Assembly: GCA_041746575.1 (NCBI GenBank)
Contig: JBGTGT010000131.1
Coordinates: 1 to 22,264, forward strand
Direction: 5' to 3'
Length of the DNA: 22,264 nucleotides
Source: Microcystaceae cyanobacterium
Lineage (GTDB): Bacteria; Cyanobacteriota; Cyanobacteriia; Cyanobacteriales; Microcystaceae
Shown here: piece by piece, positions 15,596 to 22,264 of the stretch
How positions within the stretch are numbered: the first letter of the stretch is position 1
Layout: each line of letters begins with the position of its first letter
Notes under the pieces: generated by a model
The model's database searches: none
Seen by the model: only the letters and a program-made list of their open reading frames with translations
Told to the model about the DNA's origin: nothing
Translations under genes and position numbers: made by a program

Positions 15596-16741
15596 GTGAT
15601 TACAACAGAAACCCGTCGAATTGAAGACATTTTAACAAAAGCGATGCAAGGGGATGACCTCACAACCGCAGAAGGCATAACTTTATTATCTGTAAAAACC
15701 GATGAAGATCGTCTAAAGATTCAACAAACGGCTGATTTATTACGTCAAAAGCAGGTCGGAAACACCGTTACTTATGTTATCAATCGTAATATTAACTTTA
15801 CCAATATTTGTGAACAGCATTGCAGTTTTTGTGCTTTCCGACGAGATAAAGATGAAAAAGGTTCATTTTGGTTAACCACTGAGCAAATACTGGCAAAAGC
15901 AGAGGATGCCGTGACAAAAAATGCCACAGAGATTTGTATGCAAGGGGGATTAAACCCTTACGCTAAATCTCAAGGTAAATCCCTAGCATATTACGTTAAT
16001 TTAGTCAAGACGCTAAAAAGCCATTTTCCTCAACTCCATTTGCACGCATTCTCGCCGCAAGAAGTACAGTTTATCGCTAGAGAAGACGGTTTGAGCTATG
16101 CGGATGTCCTTATCGCCTTACAGGATGCGGGGGTGAATTCTCTGCCCGGTACAGCTGCCGAAGTGTTAGATGATCAAGTCAGACAGGTGATTTGTCCAGA
16201 GAAAATTAACGCAGCCACTTGGATAGAAATTATTACCCTAGCGCATCAGTTGGGACTTCCAACAACCTCAACGATGTTATGCGGTCACATTGAAACGGCA
16301 CAACAGCAGATGACTCACCTTGAAAAACTGCGAAATTTACAAAAAATTGCTTTAGAAAAAGATTATAAATCTAAAATTACCGAATTTATTTTATTGCCTT
16401 TTGTGGGACAGGACGCGCCGAAACCCTTACGCAATCGAGTGGGACGAGATCAGCCGATTTTAAGAGATACTTTGTTATTAACGGCGGTTTCTCGCTTATT
16501 TTTAGGTAACTACATCCCAAATCATCAACCCAGTTGGGTTAAATTGGGTTTATCGGGTGCAGTCGAGGCGTTGCAATGGGGATGTAATGATCTGGGTGGT
16601 ACATTGATGGAAGAACATATTACCACGATGGCCGGCGCACAAGGAGGAACAAATATGACGGTGGAAAGTTTACAAGAGGCGATTAAGCGTATCCAAAGAC
16701 CTTATCAAGCAAGAGATACGCTTTATAACCTTCAAAAATGA
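15596..16741 (+). CDS. cofH: FO (7,8-didemethyl-8-hydroxy-5-deazariboflavin) synthase subunit CofH
   Basis: [59 protein letters not shown] and [17 protein letters not shown]. Confidence 0.95.
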   Translation: MITTETRRIEDILTKAMQGDDLTTAEGITLLSVKTDEDRLKIQQTADLLRQKQVGNTVTYVINRNINFTNICEQHCSFCAFRRDKDEKGSFWLTTEQILAKAEDAVTKNATEICMQGGLNPYAKSQGKSLAYYVNLVKTLKSHFPQLHLHAFSPQEVQFIAREDGLSYADVLIALQDAGVNSLPGTAAEVLDDQVRQVICPEKINAATWIEIITLAHQLGLPTTSTMLCGHIETAQQQMTHLEKLRNLQKIALEKDYKSKITEFILLPFVGQDAPKPLRNRVGRDQPILRDTLLLTAVSRLFLGNYIPNHQPSWVKLGLSGAVEALQWGCNDLGGTLMEEHITTMAGAQGGTNMTVESLQEAIKRIQRPYQARDTLYNLQK

Positions 16742-16756
16742 CGAGCTTAAACAAAA

Positions 16757-17818
16757 TTACTCTGGTTTTGCTTCCAAAAACGGAAAGGGTTCAGCCGGTT
16801 GAAACTGCGCTGAAGTATTACCCGCTAAGATGGTACCATCTGTTAACGTGAGCTTTTTGGTAGGACTTCCTTCCCTAAAATCGAGATCTGAGAGATTAAC
16901 CCAGAACACATTTGGGCTGCGAGTAGATTCAAAGAAATACCGTTTATTTTTATGATCGGAGACGGTACGCCACAGTGTTGAAGAAATATTCGGTTGATCG
17001 GGCGTAGAAATGCCACGGGGAACGGATACATTGCGAATAACGGAAAAAGCTGAGGCGATCGCTTCTGTGATATTGCTGGTTTTTGGGATAGCATTGATGT
17101 AAAATGAAGCACGAACGAAACGATCAGCGGCGCGATTCGTCCCCGGTAACATGGTTGTTCCGCCAATTTGCTTCCAATAGTTATTAATGCCGATTTGTTG
17201 GTCAAAGGGGGGTGAATTGGTCATCACCTGATAATCACGGCTATGGTGAATCGTCAATTTTCCGTCAATGTATTCAAAAATTGCTGAATCTCCTGTGGCG
17301 TCGGAGATAGATAAGTGGACTTGTCCCGGTTTGCCATCAGGTGTCATCATTGTCACGATGTAAAAGGGTTCTTTTTGCAAAGCCTCAACTGCCTCGGCAA
17401 CAGTTGCATAATTATCTAGAACATACTGCACCCAAGCGGCAACTGACAGAGCTTTTCGGGGATCATTCGCCGTAGGTGTAGGATATTCGGACTCAACTAA
17501 ATAAAGCAGATTCGCCACTAAACCCTTCTCATTCATGCCATCTGTGGAAGCAACATCAAAACCAGCAGCGATCACACTGCCGTATTTAGAAGTCCATTGC
17601 ATAGAATTCAACCCTGCCGCCCCATTGCGCTTTAATCCTCGTGGAAATGCCCAAAGATTAGTTTCGATGTCATTGAGCCAATCCATACTTCGTATGGTGA
17701 TGATGGTACCATCGGGTCCCAAATAAACTGCACGAGTGCAAGCGATCACTTCCGAGATCAGCGTTGTGCTAACGATTAAGCTGGATAAGACACTACAGAG
17801 GATTTTTCTAATGGCCAT
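16757..17818 (-). CDS. Secreted linear amide C-N hydrolase (choloylglycine hydrolase/penicillin V acylase family)
   Basis: Signal peptide followed by the N-terminal nucleophile A|CTR, then RSMDW, DGMNEKGL, VMTNSP, LPGT..A.DRFVRA and ST.WRTV.D. Start set at ATG 17818. Confidence 0.92.
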   Translation of the reverse strand: MAIRKILCSVLSSLIVSTTLISEVIACTRAVYLGPDGTIITIRSMDWLNDIETNLWAFPRGLKRNGAAGLNSMQWTSKYGSVIAAGFDVASTDGMNEKGLVANLLYLVESEYPTPTANDPRKALSVAAWVQYVLDNYATVAEAVEALQKEPFYIVTMMTPDGKPGQVHLSISDATGDSAIFEYIDGKLTIHHSRDYQVMTNSPPFDQQIGINNYWKQIGGTTMLPGTNRAADRFVRASFYINAIPKTSNITEAIASAFSVIRNVSVPRGISTPDQPNISSTLWRTVSDHKNKRYFFESTRSPNVFWVNLSDLDFREGSPTKKLTLTDGTILAGNTSAQFQPAEPFPFLEAKPE

Positions 17819-17870
17819 TGTCTTTTTCCGTTTCAATTCATTCCGTTTTTCATTATAGGGTTAAATACGG

Positions 17871-19106
17871 TCAACTCTTTTCTAATGCTACTAATCCTAA
17901 TCCTTTTGCCATGAAGGCTAAGGTTAAACCTTGAAGAGAAACGGAAATCAGCACAATAAAGAAAACCACGTTGAATAAGGCAAAAGATCCTTCCAAACCC
18001 GCACTAATGGGCGCAATCGCTAAAATAATCGGGACTGCTCCCCTTAATCCCACCCAAGCGATAAATCCTTTTTCTGGCCAATGATAAGATGTCCAAGCGA
18101 GACAGATGAAGGTACTCAGAGGACGCGCGACAAAAATTAGAAAAAGAGCTATCACAGTAGCGATTCCTGCGACGGGTAATAATTGGGAAGGAAAGACTAA
18201 GAGGCCGAGAATGAGAAACATGACGATTTGCATTAACCAAGCTAAGCCCTCGTGAAAATCTGTAATTCTCTCTTTTTCAGCAAATTTTTGATTTCCAGCC
18301 ACAATTCCTGCCACATAAACAGCTAAAAATCCATTTCCACCTAAAAGAGATGCAATGCCGTAAGTCAAGAGTACCTTTGCTAACATATCCACTGGGTATA
18401 AACCCTTAATGTCCACTCGCAGACGATTGAGCGAAAAACTCATCATGCGTCCCATGCCATATCCAATGAAGCTTCCGACGGTAATTTGCAGTAATAAAGT
18501 GAATAATAGAGCTACGCTAGAAACTTGAGACGTTCCTAAGATTTTAAGCAAGGTAGGGGTCAACAAAACGGCCATGGGGTCATTACTGCCCGATTCAAGT
18601 TCCAATAGGGGTTGTAAATTTCCCTTTAAATCTGTATTATTTGACCTCAACAACGAAAAAACCGCCGCCGCATCAGTAGAAGAAACGATTGCTCCTAATA
18701 ATAAGCCATCTAGCCAGCTAATTCCTTCAAAACCGAGCTTAAATTCTGAAAATGACCCCAAGATCCACCATGAGAACGTTCCGAGTATTAACATGGTTAA
18801 AGTGACCCCTACTGTTGCCAAGATGACACCTTGACCGAGAATCGGACGTATTCGTTGCCATTGGGTGTCCAATCCTCCCGAAAAGAGAATAAAAATTAAA
18901 GCAATATCCCCAATAATCCCAGCGACTTGATAATTCTCGAAATTAATGCCCCCAATTCCTTCTGATCCTGCCAACATACCGATAAACAAAAACAGGAGTA
19001 AAGCAGGGACACCGATTCTATTCGAGAGTTTGCTAGCATAGACACTAACTAAGATAAGAAGAGCAGCCGCTACACAAAATAGCTCAAATGGCATTATGGA
19101 ATTCAT
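17871..19106 (-). CDS. CPA1 K+/H+ antiporter (NhaP2/CvrA-like), membrane domain only
   Basis: GMLAGSEG.GGI.F, ILFSGGL.T, SSTDAAAVFS, LE.ESGSNDPMA, GGNGFLAVY.AG and W.GLRGAVPI.LA. Start set at ATG 19106, 4 bp after the upstream stop. Confidence 0.9.
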   Translation of the reverse strand: MNSIMPFELFCVAAALLILVSVYASKLSNRIGVPALLLFLFIGMLAGSEGIGGINFENYQVAGIIGDIALIFILFSGGLDTQWQRIRPILGQGVILATVGVTLTMLILGTFSWWILGSFSEFKLGFEGISWLDGLLLGAIVSSTDAAAVFSLLRSNNTDLKGNLQPLLELESGSNDPMAVLLTPTLLKILGTSQVSSVALLFTLLLQITVGSFIGYGMGRMMSFSLNRLRVDIKGLYPVDMLAKVLLTYGIASLLGGNGFLAVYVAGIVAGNQKFAEKERITDFHEGLAWLMQIVMFLILGLLVFPSQLLPVAGIATVIALFLIFVARPLSTFICLAWTSYHWPEKGFIAWVGLRGAVPIILAIAPISAGLEGSFALFNVVFFIVLISVSLQGLTLAFMAKGLGLVALEKS

Positions 19107-19110
19107 CCCG

Positions 19111-19698
19111 CTAAATTTTAATCGAACTGGGTTCATTAACTGCCGCAATCACGCGATGACATCCCGATTGAGGTTTTGCCCATTGATACTGATATTCCAT
19201 CGGATTTCCCCAACATAACCCTAAATATAGCTCAGTTCTTGCCGCATCCAGTTCTGCCCATTCTGACTGCTGAATCAGTTCAGTTAGAGAATCTCGGTTT
19301 AAGGGACGACGACGGTGAACCACTAACCAAAAATTCATCTCTTGGGTCATATCTTGCCAAAAATCTAACAAAAATCCTTTGGCCGCCATTAACGTTTCTT
19401 TATCGCCTTCTACTGCTATTAATTGACTATGGACTTCTGGGAAACGAATGCTTTGGTTTCGATAAGTGCAAGTTCGCCAAATGAGTCCTGAAACATGATT
19501 TTTTTGCTGATATTCATGAATTTGACGGCGAAAATCCTGATAAGCGAAGACTTTATTGGCTTTTTCTAAATTAATCGCCTTCGCCAAAACGGGATTATTA
19601 ATCCGATTTTCCGAGGACAAAAGCACCCGTTCGCCTCGCCAAGTGGCGTGCATCTCTTTTTCGAGGATCTCGATTAGCTGTTGAGTGGTATAGATCAT
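19111..19698 (-). CDS. Conserved cyanobacterial hypothetical protein
   Basis: 195-aa soluble ORF with KVFAYQDFR.Q.H.YQ, LYLGLCWG.P and WA.P.SGC. Apparently co-transcribed with the antiporter. Confidence 0.75.
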   Translation of the reverse strand: MIYTTQQLIEILEKEMHATWRGERVLLSSENRINNPVLAKAINLEKANKVFAYQDFRRQIHEYQQKNHVSGLIWRTCTYRNQSIRFPEVHSQLIAVEGDKETLMAAKGFLLDFWQDMTQEMNFWLVVHRRRPLNRDSLTELIQQSEWAELDAARTELYLGLCWGNPMEYQYQWAKPQSGCHRVIAAVNEPSSIKI

Positions 19699-19769
19699 TA
19701 CACCAGCACCCTAGAGAGGATTGTTTTTCAAGTTTACACAGATTTTCGATCTTCCTTTAAAATAGCTTT

Positions 19770-20978
19770 ATGAAAATTTTGATGATTTGTTGCTCCTTCC
19801 CCTATCCACCCACCCGTGGAGGAACTCAAGGTCGTACCTTTAATTTACTAAACGTTCTAACCCGTAACCATGACATCACCCTCGTTAGTCATCGTTCGCC
19901 TGAGGTTACTGCAACAGAAATTGAAGGTTTAAAGCAATACGTTGAAAAATTAGTCTTATTTGACCGGCCTGAAGAGAAAGATAGCAATCTATTGCTAAAA
20001 GTTAGCCGTTATGTTCAATTTTTTCAGGAAGGAACACCTCCCAATGTCCGCTATCTTCATGTTCCGGCGATGCAAGACTGGTTAGATCAAGCGATCGCAT
20101 CTAGATGTTATGATGTTATCACTTGTGAACATAGTGCGAATGAGATATATATTCGTCCTCAATGGAAAAATCAGATCAAAACGGTCTTAGATATTCATAG
20201 TTCTGTTTATTTGACCTGCTATAGTCAACTGGCAACGGGAACGTCTGAAAATTTCTTCCGTGATCGTCTTTACTTGCCCCTACTACGTCGTTACGAACAA
20301 AATACCTTGAGTAAATTTTCTAAAATTGTGGTTACCACCGACGAAGATGAACGGCAAATGAAAGAATTTAACCCAAATGTTCCAATTTTCTTGATTGCCA
20401 ACGGCGTCGATTTAGAAACCTTTCCCTATCGCAACCATGACCCCGGAGGATATAGGCTAGTGTTTGTAGGAGGATTAGATTATGTCGTAAACGTGGATGC
20501 GGTGTGTTTTTTCGCCGAAGAAGTCTTCCCGATTTTGCAAAAAAAATATCCTGACGTAACTTTAACCTTGGTGGGGTCTAAACCTTCGCCAAAAGTACAG
20601 GCATTAGCGCAAAATACCCAGATTCTTGTCACGGGACGTGTCCCCTCAGTCGCAGACTATCTGCATCAAGCAACAGTGGCAGTTATTCCCTTAAGAACGG
20701 GGTTTGGCATGAAATTTAAAACCCTCGAATCTATGGCCGCCGGTGTTCCTGTGGTGGCTAGTAATCGCGGATTGGAAGGGTTAGCAGTAGATACTCCAAA
20801 TGTCCCTTTAAGAGCATTACGCGCTAATACAATTCCCGAATATATTGAGAAAATCAGTCAATTATTTGAAAATTCCCGACTCCGAGAAAAATTATCCCAC
20901 AATGGACGACAATTGATTGAAGAAAGCTACACATGGGAAATCTTAGGTCAACAGTACGAAAAAGTCATCACACTATAA
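19770..20978 (+). CDS. Glycosyltransferase family 4
   Basis: FPYPP.RGG...R, I.NGVD, V.PLR.G.G.K.KTLE.MA.G.PVV and Y.WE. Confidence 0.92.
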   Translation: MKILMICCSFPYPPTRGGTQGRTFNLLNVLTRNHDITLVSHRSPEVTATEIEGLKQYVEKLVLFDRPEEKDSNLLLKVSRYVQFFQEGTPPNVRYLHVPAMQDWLDQAIASRCYDVITCEHSANEIYIRPQWKNQIKTVLDIHSSVYLTCYSQLATGTSENFFRDRLYLPLLRRYEQNTLSKFSKIVVTTDEDERQMKEFNPNVPIFLIANGVDLETFPYRNHDPGGYRLVFVGGLDYVVNVDAVCFFAEEVFPILQKKYPDVTLTLVGSKPSPKVQALAQNTQILVTGRVPSVADYLHQATVAVIPLRTGFGMKFKTLESMAAGVPVVASNRGLEGLAVDTPNVPLRALRANTIPEYIEKISQLFENSRLREKLSHNGRQLIEESYTWEILGQQYEKVITL

Positions 20979-21041
20979 AAAAGGATGAATTAAATTCTTT
21001 CTCCCATTTCTGACCTTACTTATTTATTGTTTTTCAATCTT

Positions 21042-22028
21042 ATGAATACTCGTTTAACTCCCTTTGATCAGAAATTACAACAATCGCTCCTTAAAGATAA
21101 AATTACAGTTCTTCAAGTCAACTTGGGGCGTAAATGCAACCTCGCTTGTAATCATTGTCACGTGGAAGCCAGTCCGAAACGAACGGAAGAATTATCACCC
21201 GATGTTTGTCATTCAATTATTAAATTAATTCAGCAATTTCCCCAAATTCAAACCGTTGATTTAACAGGAGGTGCGCCAGAAATGAATTATGGCTTTCGTC
21301 CCCTTGTAGAAGCGGCTAAAAAGGCTAATAAGAAAGTCATTATTAGAAGCAATCTGACCATATTTTTTGAAGAAAATTATCAAGATTTACCTGAATATTT
21401 TGCCCAACATCAATTAAGAGTTGTTGCTTCTCTTCCTTGTTACTTAGAAAATAATGTAGATAAACAAAGAGGATATGGGGTTTACCAAAGTTCTATTAAG
21501 GCAATTCAAATCTTAAATAACCTCGGTTATGGCAGCGAGCCAAATTTGATTCTCGACTTAGTTTATAATCCTCCTATTCCTTGCAACATGGATTTTTCTT
21601 TAACCCCCGATCAAGTGCAATTAATGCAGGATTATAAAACCTTTCTCAAAGAGAATTTTAATATCGTTTTTAATCAACTATTAACGATTACTAATTTACC
21701 CATTGGACGAACTAAGCAATATTTAGAAAGTCATCAATTGTATAAACCGTATTTACAATTTTTAGAAGAGCATTACAATCAAAATACGCTCCCTAATTTG
21801 ATGTGTCGGAATCAGTTATCCATCGACTATTTAGGCAATGTTTATGACTGTGATTTTAATCAGATGGAAAATGTTCCTGCTTTAACATCAGAAGATCACC
21901 CCATTACTGTCGATCAATTATTGAAAGCGGGAAATCTCGATACGATTAAAACCGTTCAAACCGAGAGTTATTGTTATGGGTGTACAGCAGGAAAAGGGTC
22001 AAGTTGCGGAGGTTCTTTAGTGAATTGA
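21042..22028 (+). CDS. arsS: Arsenosugar biosynthesis radical SAM protein ArsS (DUF3641-containing), Cys form
   Basis: LQVNLG.KCNLAC.HCHV.ASP.RTE, DLTGGAPE.N, ASLPCY...NVD.QRG, YDCDFNQM and CYGCTAG.GSSCGG. Start set at ATG 21042. Confidence 0.9.
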   Translation: MNTRLTPFDQKLQQSLLKDKITVLQVNLGRKCNLACNHCHVEASPKRTEELSPDVCHSIIKLIQQFPQIQTVDLTGGAPEMNYGFRPLVEAAKKANKKVIIRSNLTIFFEENYQDLPEYFAQHQLRVVASLPCYLENNVDKQRGYGVYQSSIKAIQILNNLGYGSEPNLILDLVYNPPIPCNMDFSLTPDQVQLMQDYKTFLKENFNIVFNQLLTITNLPIGRTKQYLESHQLYKPYLQFLEEHYNQNTLPNLMCRNQLSIDYLGNVYDCDFNQMENVPALTSEDHPITVDQLLKAGNLDTIKTVQTESYCYGCTAGKGSSCGGSLVN

Positions 22029-22123
22029 ATAAATTCCTCTCTATTTTGTGCCATTGACGTTTCTGCCTCAAATGAGGTCACTGGTAACCGGATTTAGGAG
22101 AATCCCGACTCACGCTTTTAACC

Positions 22124-22264
22124 TACAGCAAATTTAGATCTATTAAGCCACATATATTGTAAAATAGAAAAACAACAAAAAATGATTTAAGTATGCCAAA
22201 AGTATATTCTCTTGATTTAAGAAAAAAAGTATTCAGTGCGTGGCAAGCAGGGGAAGGTTCGCAG
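22124..22264 (+). mobile_element. Left end of IS630-family insertion sequence (runs off window)
   Basis: TA target followed by CAGCAAATTTAGATCTATTAAGCCACA, upstream of a transposase start. Confidence 0.72.
22193..22264 (+). CDS. IS630-family transposase N-terminus (partial)
   Basis: MPKVYSLDLRKKVFSAWQAGEGSQ matches the MP..YS.DLR..V......G.GSQ HTH start of IS630 transposases. Confidence 0.85.
   Translation, partial: MPKVYSLDLRKKVFSAWQAGEGSQ

Larger units (their letters stand above)
24..20098. repeat. HIP1 octamers GCGATCGC (dispersed)
   Basis: Seen at 24, 83, 3213, 3555, 3768, 5297, 8476, 9588, 11836, 15168, 17055 and 20091 (eye count). Confidence 0.9.

Noticed and set aside
1097..19484. 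Short overlapping or antisense ORFs (1097, 1984, 2671, 4814, 5850, 6233, 9436, 10176, 12253, 12900, 15180, 16843, 17535, 18004, 18574, 19176)
   Set aside because: They lie within or opposite well-supported genes, have no recognisable motifs and look like shadow frames.
22000..22110. Selenocysteine read-through/SECIS at the arsS TGA
   Set aside because: The GSSCGG position is encoded by TGC (Cys), and the TGA falls at the normal C-terminus, followed closely by an in-frame run with no recognisable extension.
1..22264. CRISPR array, tRNA or rRNA
   Set aside because: No regularly spaced identical repeats or cloverleaf/rRNA signatures were seen in any intergenic region.

Overview
AT-rich cyanobacterial DNA, with 12 HIP1 GCGATCGC octamers by eye count. 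The gene content suggests the chromosome of a unicellular Chroococcales-type organism (inference). The left end (1-1.7 kb) is decayed mobile DNA: a vapBC-type toxin-antitoxin pair with a 3'-truncated toxin, the broken 3' end of a CyRepA1-type plasmid replication gene, and the right end of a Tn3-family transposon inserted into that gene. Next come a PLP-dependent histidine/serine-decarboxylase-family enzyme fused to tandem ACT domains, a 59-aa gene missed by the ORF track, a ComFB/CdgR-family gene flanked by a pair of near-identical palindromes, psb32, a Hik34-like atypical kinase and cbiET. These are followed by a TetR-(collapsed peroxiredoxin-like gene)-thioredoxin-GST block, a secreted Gly-zipper protein, hpnH, DUF6464, a GT-C-type membrane glycosyltransferase, cofH, a secreted Ntn amidase, a short K+/H+ antiporter, a GT4 and arsS. 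The window ends in the left end of an IS630 element. I saw no CRISPR array, tRNA or rRNA. No complete novel multi-gene system is demonstrable. The best leads are the decarboxylase-ACT fusion, the comFB operator pair, the Rep/Tn3 fossil and two unannotated small ORFs. All family calls come from motif recognition, not database searches.
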